From Syncephalis fuscata S228 (Eukaryota > Fungi > Zoopagomycota), in assembly GCA_025786725.1 (NCBI GenBank), contig JAHLTZ010000021.1, forward strand, positions 248,001-312,000: 64,000 nt of DNA. Reading direction: 5' to 3'. Of the stretch, positions 48,482 through 60,607 are shown piece after piece (position 1 is the first letter of the stretch; every line of letters begins with the position of its first letter). The notes under the pieces were generated by a model that saw nothing but the letters and a program-made list of their open reading frames with translations, did no database searches and was not told the origin of the DNA. Position numbers and translations under genes: made by a program.

Positions 48482-50120
48482 CGAACACCCCACGTTAGAA
48501 ATGTTTTCTTTTGGCACCTTATTTTGTCAACGTTCTTCCTGCTTAGCTCACTTATTAGCAGACTTTTCTTCACTGGTCAGTTTTTCTTTTTGACCAACTA
48601 TATAAAATAGCATTAGTAAAAGTATACAGAATAAACAAAATATCAAATACTAACCATAAATATCATTTGAAGACTCTGCTGTATCTTTGCAGCTTGCATG
48701 TCCATGTTTATTACAATCTACACAAACCACTACAAATAGATATTAGTTATATAAATAAATTTAAATCATAAATAATAAATAATATCATTACCTGTTTTCC
48801 CTTTCTTATATTTTTGCTCATTTTTTCCCTTTTTTTCTGCTTAATAGCAGCAATTAATTCATGGACGGATGATGACATGATTTAAAAAACACAATAAACT
48901 AAAATGTAATATAATAATACAAATCAATAAGCTAGTATTATACGTATAAGAAATAGCATCTAAACATGTCTCTTTTTATTACTATATTTCTGTTCCATAT
49001 ACCGCTGCATTCTCGCATCCTTTACTGTTACATCGTTATCTCATTTGCTGTACACCATTACTCCCTTTGCTGTCGCGCTTTTGATTGCTTTACTGCTGTA
49101 TCTCTATTTTCTTATTTTCACATCAACTTACCGATAAGCAAACTTCATATTATTTATTTTAGCAATTTTGCTTCTATTATTTAATAAATATGAAAATAAT
49201 TTATACTTAAGCATGAATACTACATGCTTAGAAGTTATTGCACGTAATATAGTGTTTATTTTGGTAATGGAATAATAGCTGATTTTACAGCAAATAATTT
49301 AACCGTGTTGCCATTGTTTGTCTTTCCTTCCATGTTGACCAAACCAAATGCCTTTGACATTTAGCTACCATTAAAGAACATCACCTTTTCTTGAACATTG
49401 TTTCATACTAATACAATTGGTACCAACTAGCACTTTATATTCAATTATAACTATTTCATAATGCACAAAATAAATATCAAACTTTTAATCCAGTTTAAAA
49501 CAATGTACATATGTTTATTCTATTATTCTACACATAAAGATGTTTGAAAGTGCTATGACTTTTATTCTTAATGCATTATTGCTTCACTTGTTCTATGATG
49601 TACCAACATGTTGGATAGATTGACTTTTATTATTTACACCATTTATTAATCAATTAAACTCGGCTGTTTATAAATATTGACTGACAGGCTCACATCTCAC
49701 AATCTACGTCATCGCATTTCCTTCTCTTTCTTTACACTTGATAGCATATATCCATTGCATATAATTGTACACTCTATATATGTTATATAAATAGTATTAG
49801 TAGTTGACTGACTACTAGTCAAGTACAAACACCTTCTAAACTATGTACTTGCATTGCTCTTTTGTAATCTTGTCTTTTTTATAAATAACTTTTATTACCC
49901 CAATAATTGGTATTGACAGCTTCCTTGATATAGTAGATGTATCTTTGTCCTTGTTCTTGCTATATATATACAATTATTTATAGTAAACCAAAGTATACAA
50001 TGATTTTGGTGTCATATAGCCAGTACAGCCATCGTATGTAGCTGTTGTATGTGCACAGTTACTAGCACAATCCTTGCGCTGGTCATATGCGCTGTTAGCT
50101 CTTTTTCAATCGCTTTATTA
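48482..50120 (-). pseudogene. Dispersed repeat family, copy 3: longest decayed multi-exon remnant
   Basis: Includes the repeat core at 49590-49875. Minus-strand exon-like K/E/R-rich segments with premature stops (LVKKKKLTSEEKSANK*AKQEER*QNK; KARQQRE*W) are separated by AT-rich GT..AG segments. Confidence 0.5.
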
Positions 50121-50607
50121 TTTATGTTAATTCACAAGTACTCCAAGCAACGACATAGCTCGTAGCTAATTGTTAGTTAAACATTCTCTAACTATGTTTT
50201 ACCAATCTAAATTTTAAATACGTATTGTTTATCAAATTTCTTACGCAAGTATTACTGTTTTTTATTAAATTACTAGGTTTCAATCACAGACAATATCCTA
50301 AGAATAGTCATGGGCGTTCCTATTGTCAATTGTTTGACAACAACGCAAATATTAATACTAAATCGTTGTTATACGTGACCGATATTACCACATAATAAGC
50401 TTTTAAATTTAGAATATTTGCACTTTGTTCACTTATTGTTTTGCAATTGTTTTAATAAATAATAAACAAAAATTAATGTTTTATTATTATTTATTGTATT
50501 CATTTTGCTACATTCTATTTAAAAATTGTTTTATAGTTTTATTATGGATAATATTGCTAAAAAACATGTGGCTTAAGCATTTTACGCGAGTTAATTGCCC
50601 TTTTTTA

Positions 50608-52484
50608 TTAAACCGAAGTATTCGCTGCTTTTGCTGCTTCTCCTTCTGTTGTCGCCGATGTTTGTTGGTCATACAATTTTTGATATTGGCTAAGCTGCTC
50701 AGCTACTAAGGCTGGATCTTGTGCCTCTGGAACAGGTGCTCCCTAATAATATAGAAGGCGTAATTACTTGTTAGTATAATAGCTTACCATTCTCTATCTA
50801 CATATTACCTTTGTCATATAGTCCAAAATCGTCATTTTCGACTGTTTAAACTGTTCCATTTGTTGCTTCATTTGCTGTTTCGCCAACTCACGGAATGCCT
50901 TGTCTTCTCGTTCATGCTGGGCCATAAACGCTTCCTGGCGCAAACGACGATGACGTTGTAGCGGCAACTCAGTCGGTGGTCCTTCCTCGCCACTTGATTT
51001 ACCGACTCCGAGCAGCCCGGTTAATCCCCGTGACTTCTTCTTTTGTTGATCTTCCCATTCCGCACGGTACCGTTCAAGCAAAAGCCGTTCCGACTCGGCA
51101 AATGTAGCCGGTATATCTTTGCCAGTATAGGCTTGAAGAATAGGGCGTATATCGTTTGGACGTGTTTCCGCAATAGCTATTAATAGCCTATTAGCCACGT
51201 AGTACTATAGAATGGCCACTTGCCATTGCTACTTACTTTGTAGGAAGGGAATAATATCAAATAGATATCGGTCATTTGACTCGCCTCGCCAAGGTGGCAC
51301 AGCTATACCATTCTCTGGCTGAAGTGAATATGCATCTGGATTAGAATCCATGATAATTACTTGTGATAAATCACGGTTTAAATGTGATAAATCCTAGTTA
51401 CGATTTAATTAAACATTCTGTCGTTGTCTATTACGATAATTGACCTACTTTCACATGTTTTCCATCTACATAACGTGTGGCATCTCGATAGAATCGCAAT
51501 GGGACGTAGCCAACTGGATCCAACTTCATTAAAATAGGCTCAGCATTCTAGCATCATTGTATTGAGTTTAATTATACATCTAGCACACTAATATTGTTAC
51601 GAACCATTTGTGGCTGTGTAGTAATGATAACTACTTCGAAGAACTGAGTAATATAGGCTAGGAAATAGTCTACACCGGGCCGTTTTGCAATACGCCAGCC
51701 ATGTTGATACTAAAGAATATAAATAGCCTATTATTAATTAATTGTCCACTTACATCCCAAGTTGAATAAATAAGAGTTTCATCAAGGTTAAGTACAAGTG
51801 TTGGTGGCTGTTGGTCAGCAGGCAATGGATCTGGTAGTAATTTTGAATAAGCAGGCTCACGATAATACTATATAATAATAATAATGGTTATTATTACATA
51901 TTATTGTTATTATTATTATTATTATTATTGAAATTACTTACTTCAACAAGATCATAAAAACGTTGTCTTGCTCTTGAATAAAAACCTTGTGGTCCATCAG
52001 TATTCTATTGAATGATTAAACTTCATCCTTTTGATATGCTTACATCATTTGTCACTTACTATACGCTCAGAGTCTTCTGAATAAGGCCGACCTATATAAA
52101 GCAATAAATATGTTTATAACACATCTGTCTATTAGATGTATTTCTTTAAATAGTACCGCGTCACTACTGACCAATATAGAGAACACCACTAACTAGACCA
52201 GCCAACGTTGCAGCAAAACCGATACGCGCTGCCCATTGATGCATAGTAATTTCTTCCTTAGCGCCCTTGGCTTTTTTCTTCTTTTTAAGTGTAGGTGGCA
52301 CCGTTGTATTGGTAGAAGAACGAGCGGTGTCTTCTTCTGGAGACATGTGCTGTTCATTAGGCTCGTCTACCTTATTACTTAGTAAACGACGCGGTAGCAT
52401 GGACGTCATAGCGGCAGGATAACGCGGACGTAGTGAGGCTGCCGCCGACTGCTGTATAAAACGCCACTGTACCCCACGCAACAT
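50608..52484 (-). CDS. TIM50: Mitochondrial inner-membrane import translocase subunit Tim50
   Basis: Presequence, TM helix, [59 protein letters not shown] and [12 protein letters not shown]; multiple short introns. Confidence 0.95.
51901..51929. repeat. (TTA)n microsatellite inside a TIM50 intron
   Basis: ttattgttattattattattattattatt. Confidence 0.85.
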
Positions 52485-52869
52485 TGCAATTCACTTTGAT
52501 CTAACTAGACGTATACACGTACGTGCAATAATACGTAGATAACTAGAATTGCTGAAAGATAAAATAAAAGGCAATATTAAACACCACTTCTTTTTCTCCA
52601 ATCAATTGTGTGGCATTGTTTGTTGCTAGTTTAATGTAAAAATAGAATCATCTTTGTCCCTTTTCTCTCTTCCGATTTTACCCTTGCACACAAGCAAGTA
52701 CACCATAAATTGTACATTATGCATTATGCATTATAACTTAATTTACCGCTTTAGCAGCATTACAATGCATAGTAATACAATTAAATAAATAGCAGAAATG
52801 TGTGTATCAGTCAGATCAATGTATTTCAAAATGTTGATGTGTACGATGTGTATTTTCTTAAGAAGGGAT

Positions 52870-54394
52870 CTACGAAAGCATCTTCTTTGTCACATCGACA
52901 ATTAGCTCGGTGGTTGGCAAGGCAAGCGATTCCAAGTTTTTGGCATAAGGCATTGGAATATCGGCACCAGTAATACGACGAACAGGAGCGTCCAAATAGT
53001 CAAATGCATCGCCTGATAGTAATAAACATTAGTAATGAATACATCTAGTATATAGTATATAGTTGCAATACTTACTCTCCATGATTTGAGCGGCAATCTC
53101 GGAACCAACTCCAAACATTGGCCATCCACCTTCAACGGTGATAAGACGGTTCGTTTTCTTTACAGATTCAATAATGGTTGGCATATCCAATGGACGGATA
53201 GAACGAAGATTAATAACCTATTAAATAAATGTATAGTGTGTATATTAATATTTTGATAGGATACAGTATGGATAGCCATGTATAACGCCAATTACCTCAA
53301 TACTGCCAACACCTTCACGTGAAAGCTGCTCAGCTGCTTCCAAAGCGTGGCCTACATGGCGTGAATGGGCTACAATTGTTATATCCGTGCCTAGTTATTA
53401 GTTCAAAGTGTTAGTATACTTGATATCTTTTTGTATTTACTATGCTATCATTTACCTGGTCGTTCGATCTTCGCCTTGCCAATTTCAATAACAAACGAAT
53501 CACTAAGTACTTCTTCCGATACGGCAAATGACTCGCCGTACATTAGCTCGTTCTCGAGTACAACAACAGGATCTGGATCGCGAATAGCTGCCTTCAAAAG
53601 GCCCTTAGCATCCTCGCTGTTCCATGGACTGACCACCTTAAGGCCAGGTACTGAGCCGTACCATGCGGCATAGCACTGTGAATGTTGGGCACCTACACCG
53701 GCAGCAGCACCATTAGGTCCTCGGAATACAATTGGACAATTGGCCATGCCACCCGACATGTACTGGACCTTGCCGGCCGAGTTGATGACTTGATCGATAG
53801 CCTATAAGCAAAAATGTTATAAATTGTAACGAAGCAACAATAGTATCAACCAACTTACCTGCATACTAAAGTTGAAAGTCATAAACTCGCAGACTGGACG
53901 AAGACCGTGAAGAGCAGCACCTACAGCTAGACCGGCAAATCCTGACTCAGTAATCGGTGTATCAATAATACGTTTTGAACCGAATTTGTCCAAAAGCCCT
54001 TTAGAAACCTGTTAAAGATATTTAAGCATTTTAAATACTGTTTAAATAAACACTGTCGATTCAATACTAACCTTGTAAGCACCATTGTACTGTGCCACTT
54101 CCTCGCCCATCAGAAAGACGCGATCATCGCGTAGCATTTCTTCGTCAAGAGCGGCATTCAACGCCTCACGGACCGTCATCTATTAGAGTACATTCAATTA
54201 TTATCACAGGTTATGGTATTCAATGTTAATAGATGTACTAAAGCCAGTACAGTAATAGATGTTGCAAACTAACTTGTCTATCTATTGGGGCTACCTACCT
54301 GAGCACCACCATTATTTGCTGCTGTCGCATTGTTGCGAATCAATGTGCGGCCAATCGTAGCTTTGGTGCATTGGCGGAGTGTAGTACGCAGCAT
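52870..54394 (-). CDS. PDB1: Pyruvate dehydrogenase E1 beta subunit
   Basis: [61 protein letters not shown] and [21 protein letters not shown]. Confidence 0.97.
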
Positions 54395-54901
54395 TTTGTC
54401 AACAGTTTAAAATAAAAGCAGTGTTACGCGTCGCTTGCAGGGAAAGACTCGATTCCGTGCGAAAGACGAGAGCTTGATTCGTTGAAGGAAAGAAAATGAA
54501 GAAAGGCACCGTGCAAAAGAAAAAGAAAAGGTGGTGTGGAGTTTTTTAGTATGTCATAATATTGGCGTGTCTGTATGTGTATGTGTGTCGATATATGAGC
54601 AGATACGTGTTTGAGTGTGTTGGGGGAACAGGCACCCATAATAATATAACCAAATGAGTAGATAATAAAAACCAGTATTGATGTTATAGTCATTCGGTGT
54701 TTACAATCATTGATATGAATGGTGCTTTGTAGTTTAGTTTTGTCGGTAATTCAAATTATAATAATAGCAATATTATATGTTAGGTATTGACATGAATGTA
54801 AAACAATTAAAGATTATAATGATTAAAACATCGAATATTAAATGTTGGTCCAGTATCATTTTACTGCCAATTCACGTATCGTTTGTTTCCAAGCATCTAC
54901 A

Positions 54902-56353
54902 ATGAAGACAATCTCAATTACCGTATGGGAACACATAGCTGTTCACCTACCGATTGTTAGTCTATCGCGTTGTCTTACGGTGAACCGTCACGTCTATTCT
55001 GTAGCGTCGAGGTATTTATACGGCAATCCGCCATTCGATGCTCGCTATGGCTCTCCTTTGCCGCGCTTCCTAGCATTCTTGAATGCACTACCGAAACTAT
55101 CATCACAAACACGTATTCTTGTTCGTATTATTGACCTTACACATATCGAGACAACGCTCTGCGATGAATTGCCTGAGACGTGGTTGTACACGCTCGCCAA
55201 TTACTGTCCTAGTTTGACGGCACTTTATACAAGTGAATTAACTAGCTTTCTTAACTATTCGGCTATAGCTTATTTACGTCCAGGGATGCTCTCTTCAGTA
55301 CGTAGGCTCAGGCTTGAATCGCCGGTGGATTTGTCGGAAACCGCTTTGTGTCGTTTATTAGAAGCAACATCAAAGTTGGAGGAATTACAAATAACTGATT
55401 GTTCAGCTGTTGGCATTGCTTGTATGACTACGATCGGACAGTGTATTGCATCTACATTAACCCATTTATCATTTAACAAATGTTTAAAAATAACTGATCG
55501 TGTATTGGCAAGATTGTTTCAACAAAATGGTAATATAATGGTTATGTTTCCCTCACTTAATACTTTACAGTTGTGCAATCTACCATTAACCACTGAAGCA
55601 TTACAGATGTTGGCCATAAATGATTCGTATCTTAGTTTTCCGCAGCTTACTCGTTTAAGCTTGAGAGAATCAGCACAGATCGGCACTGCTGGTATATTAG
55701 CTTTTATTGGACAAAGACGTAATACGGTGATTGCTACGGCGGCACAGCCACAGCTACAAGCCAAAGAACTAGATGAATTAGATTTACGAGGATTACCTCT
55801 GATATCACCGATATTATTGAGCCATTTAACATTAGAGGCCCCACAATTGCGTCGTTTATCTATTGATATTGATTTATTACGTACTAGAAATGATCGATTA
55901 GACCAGCGTTACAATCATGTATGTGATCCTTATTCTTGGTCTTTGACACAACTGCAGCTATTTCGTCAGCTTGAACATTTAATTGTTGATACTACCAATA
56001 CAACCAATGGTCTTTATAATGAACGTGCATCTGCATGGTGGTACATCTGCAATTCGCTACAACATTTAAAGACGCTTTCATTTATCGGTCGATGGCTGCC
56101 ACCAAGTCATGAAGTGTACGAAACAGAGTCTGATTGGGGTTGGACTGTACCTCTTGACACGGCTAAACGCAGCAATAGGCCTACTAGTTTAAGCGTGACT
56201 TCTGATGGCCCATTAGTTTATTTGACCGACTTTAAAAATCCGCTGTGTACCATTAATCCTACAGTTGCTAGCCAGTTTAGTTTATGCCGGCAAAGCAACC
56301 CATCAAAAATCAGCGTTCGTGTAGCATATCCGAGACAAACGCAGCATGAATAA
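54902..56353 (+). CDS. F-box-like / RNI-type leucine-rich repeat protein, intronless
   Basis: N-terminal VWEHIAVHLP...CLTVNRHVY..A..YLY (F-box-like), then LRR units such as LTHLSFNKCLKITD and LEELQITDC. Confidence 0.8.
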   Translation: MKTISITVWEHIAVHLPIVSLSRCLTVNRHVYSVASRYLYGNPPFDARYGSPLPRFLAFLNALPKLSSQTRILVRIIDLTHIETTLCDELPETWLYTLANYCPSLTALYTSELTSFLNYSAIAYLRPGMLSSVRRLRLESPVDLSETALCRLLEATSKLEELQITDCSAVGIACMTTIGQCIASTLTHLSFNKCLKITDRVLARLFQQNGNIMVMFPSLNTLQLCNLPLTTEALQMLAINDSYLSFPQLTRLSLRESAQIGTAGILAFIGQRRNTVIATAAQPQLQAKELDELDLRGLPLISPILLSHLTLEAPQLRRLSIDIDLLRTRNDRLDQRYNHVCDPYSWSLTQLQLFRQLEHLIVDTTNTTNGLYNERASAWWYICNSLQHLKTLSFIGRWLPPSHEVYETESDWGWTVPLDTAKRSNRPTSLSVTSDGPLVYLTDFKNPLCTINPTVASQFSLCRQSNPSKISVRVAYPRQTQHE

Positions 56354-56730
56354 TGTAGTAACAAACACAGTGATTAGTACTATTCTATCACAGCAAATTA
56401 TATATAATAGTTAAATAAATAGGCATGACATTTGATCAAATAATGCGTTCTGTGCATCGATTAATATAGGCTATATGTCAAATATATTGTATACATGGCA
56501 ATTAATTAGTTGCTATTTTGTTGTATAGCAATTATAATTATACCATGCCATGCTCGATACTATTGGCAATATTATTGTTGATGTGTTTATGTTCTAGCTT
56601 TATGTTTAAACAATTATATTTGATTATGAATTTATTTATATACATATTACGAGACTTTGACAAAGTGTGTTATGTACTTCAACTAAAGTACATAGCCAAT
56701 CTTGAAAATCAAAAATAATATGAATAGCAA

Positions 56731-57273
56731 TTAGATTATAGTCATAGCAGTAATTATACTGCAGGTGGCTATCAATGAAATAGCGAAGCCAACTACATCA
56801 ACATATCTGCCACTAATACCGCTGTTTATAACATCTCCCCTAAATTCAAATCTGCCAGTAAAATTTGCTGAATGAGTGGTGTTTGTGTTTGCTATTATAA
56901 GACATGCAGTTCCATTGAATATTTCGGGAAGTTTAATTGGTTTGTCCACGCCAAATGAACACTGCTTAATTCGTTTTGAATCGTCGAGTGGATCTGCTGC
57001 AATACAGGAAAGCGGCTTATACGCATAAGGCGTGAGAGAGTTATTGAAATATGTTTTTCCTTCAGGGCTCCATTTATAGTAGTCTTCATTGGTCAGCAAA
57101 TAAACACCTTCTAAACTACCATCAGTAACAGCTACTGAGTAGGAGACGGACGTGGCTTCATGTGCACACGAGACAAAGCCCGAGTTTGGACGGCTGAAGC
57201 TAGTAACTGTATCGCCAGCGGCAGCACAAATAAAATAGCCAAGGAATACACTAGCAACTAGAAATGGTTTCAT
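56731..57273 (-). CDS. Secreted, probably GPI-anchored or C-terminally anchored small protein
   Basis: Signal MKPFLVASVFLGYFICAAAG; 4 Cys in the ectodomain; small-residue NSG site followed by hydrophobic tail VVGFAISLIATCSIITAMTII. Confidence 0.75.
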   Translation of the reverse strand: MKPFLVASVFLGYFICAAAGDTVTSFSRPNSGFVSCAHEATSVSYSVAVTDGSLEGVYLLTNEDYYKWSPEGKTYFNNSLTPYAYKPLSCIAADPLDDSKRIKQCSFGVDKPIKLPEIFNGTACLIIANTNTTHSANFTGRFEFRGDVINSGISGRYVDVVGFAISLIATCSIITAMTII

Positions 57274-59334
57274 TTTAATCATACTGGCAAACGGGCTTGG
57301 TAAACTAAAAGTTAGGAATGTTGAATATCGATACTACTACTACCAAGCCATTGAAATTTATGTTGAGCTTTTATACTGTCTTCCACCTGGTAATTTGCGG
57401 TATTTTAAAAACCAGACCTTACCAGTAACGACTGTTATGATTAATACTTGCCGTATACTTGCATAGCAGATTTAAACTGGTTAAGTCAAAACATAATGAT
57501 TAAATTTGCCTTTTACGCTCATTTGTTTTACAATCTTGCCTATTTGCAACGTGGCTTAATTCTATCGGTTTCAGCAATGTGCTAACAGGTTATTCATTAT
57601 TTTTTGCTTTATCTAAATGCCACACTTGTAGCTACTTTTACTTATTTTTACGTATTATTTTACACATTCATAATTCTATCTTTATACGACAATAATGTAT
57701 ACATTAATAAACCTCATTATTAACAAATTACACTTTTTCGCTCTTTTGCGCATTAGTTTAGTTTATTTTTAGTTAACAGTGCTGTGTTGACTATTGCAAA
57801 CCACGGAGGTACTTGTCGATAAGGCGATGGTTATTCTATTGCAAATAGTCATCACCCACTGTTATAATAACTAGTCGCTAATAATACGCCACGTAGCCAA
57901 ATAACGATATAACTAGCACTCAGATTATAATAAACCATTGCCTTTTTTTCTAATTTTAGCATATGAAACTTTAGCATTCTTGGCTTTTACATATATTGAA
58001 AGTTCTAAGCTTAGTTGCTTGGTATAATAATTGTAATTAGCTTTAATAGCCTTTTTTATTATTATCTACCTGTCCAAATGTAACTATCTTAAAACTTATA
58101 AAGCATGCTCTCCGCTCACTTCACCTCACCGTCCTACTTCTTGTGTGTATTTATTGTTGCTTACACTAATATTTACTTTTTTAATAATAATCACCTATTT
58201 TTAGCAAATGTGTATGAAACAACGTTTTAATTATTTTAACTTGCTTAATCATATCCAAATGTAGCAATTACTGCTATTGTGTTGTTATTATTCGACTTTG
58301 TACACATTCTAGAAGCATTCTATAACTACTATTTGCCAAATATGATATTCAAGCACTACTGTTTAACTTAGTAGTATACATATAATCACAATATATATAG
58401 TATTTAGTTGAATGCATATTGCAACGACTAGCAACTTAATGGCTACCGTCTTGTTTACGCTTACTTCTATTATATGAGCATTAGTGACTACTAGTCAATT
58501 GCTTATTCTAGTATAACGTGAACCCAATGCTATTATAAAATAAACAATAAATGGTTTTCCTTTTAATGATCAATTACCACAGTTAAGCTTTTAACAACTA
58601 AATAGCACTTGTAACCAAAGCAGAGAAAGAATATATAACCAAAATATAGATATGTTTATTATAGTTCCAATAAAACTAGTAATGTATAGTAAATACTGTT
58701 GTTAATGGAACTTGAGCCTTGCTCATATGGTTGATCATATGTCAGTAAATAGCAAGTATCTACTGGTTATGTCCTTGAATAGCTGTTTGTTTATGATTGT
58801 TAGTACTAGTATTTAGTATACTGTTGTTGTGGCTATTTACATGTTATCGTTAGCAGTTGTTCAATTACATGATGGATGCATGGATCAATTTCATGGTAGA
58901 TAACTACATGGCCATAATTTTGTAATTCAATACGGTAACAACATCCTGTCATTTTATTATGCCAATCATTAGCTATGGTGCATATTACAACATAATTGAT
59001 TAATAAACAATAGCACACCGGATTATTTGTTTAGGTTTACAAGTATACGTTATTTAATTAATTTTTAAATAAAAATGATTTCATTACAATTGGCACATGT
59101 GCTATCTGTTTTTATTATAAAAGCATAATTTATTAAAACAGCCCAAAGAAATCACAAGGATAAGCCCCAATTGGTAGCTAACAGGGATATGCAGAATAAC
59201 AGGTTTTCATTTTTTTACTTGCATCTGCATCAAAACGTTACTGTTATGTCGTTGCCGCCTATCTTTTAAGGATAACCATTTTATTGTTGTAATTATTCTA
59301 TCGCAACCGAATTTCATTTATTTTTATTATTAAC

Positions 59335-60411
59335 ATGACAGAGATTGATAATCACGAAGTTTATAAAAAGCATGAAAATGTTACCTTAGAGGCAGAGGCA
59401 CAAAAGCCTGTTAGTCGAATAACTTCATTTATGGCCGTTACATCTTCAGTGGTAAAGCTCGATAATGTTATAGCTATTGCCGGATTTTTCATGGTATTAA
59501 TGCTTCCATTTCACTGGTATGCTCCATTAATATGGGCCAGACTGACTCGCTATTCTGACTTTGCCGTTTTTCTATTGTCGTTTATTGTTACTACACTCGT
59601 GTTTTGGCCATACGCTTTATTGATGGGCGTGATAGATCTATACGAATTTCCTAAAGTCTATAAGAAATACCGTATCCAGCCAAATAAAAAAAAGGATGTG
59701 TTTTGGTACCGTAAAGCTATTCGCCAAGCACTCTATAACTGGGTATTTGTCAACTTTCCTGCAGGCTTAATGCTTTATGGATTTATAGCATATGGGCAAG
59801 ATCGCGCGCTTACCAAAGAGCTACTTCCAAGCTTTAGCAGATTAGCTCAAGAAATAGTGGTGTTTGTCATTGCAGAAGAAGTTTGCTTCTATTATACTCA
59901 TCGATTATTACATCATCCACGTATTTACCAGCACATTCACAAAAAACACCACGAATTTAAAACACCCATTGGCATTGCTGGTAAATATTTTTATTTAAGC
60001 TTGTTACAGTTATTAACAATTGCCTTAACGTAGCTATATATGCCCATCCATTTGAACATCTAATATCCAAGTTACTTCCACTTTTCGTAGGGCCACTACT
60101 GATGCAGGCTCACATTATGACCGTTTGGCTTTGGCTGACTATGGGTAATTCATTATTACTATTACATCTACAGTATTTTATTAACGATTACAATAGGACT
60201 GATTACAACCGTCAACTTGCATTGCGGCTTTGTATTACCACATATGCCAACGCCACTAGATCATGATTATCACCATCAAGTGTTTAATGCCAACTATGGT
60301 GTTTTTGGTATTTTAGATGCTATTCATGGCACTCGTGGTGGCTATGATTTATGGCGTGATAATTGGCGACCAAGCAAATCACTGGAATGCGATACAAATA
60401 AGAGAAACTAA
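59335..60411 (+). CDS. Fatty acid hydroxylase / sterol desaturase superfamily protein (FAXDC2 / C4-methylsterol oxidase-like), 3 exons
   Basis: His boxes [23 protein letters not shown] and HDYHH; NYG..G.LDAIHGT. Introns 59981-60033 and about 60145-60196. Confidence 0.93.
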
Positions 60412-60607
60412 CGACTGTTAGTTTACTAGTCAACATTGATACTTTTAGTGCAATTTCAAACAAAATAAAAGTATGCACTGCTGTAACACTGCTTTCGTTG
60501 TGCATCTTTAACTGCTGTACTCGTTTTATCTTTATTTTATTAGTCACCAATAATAAATCATATTTATTCCATTAACATAATTTCTGTATGGCTTACAAGT
60601 TTATTAA

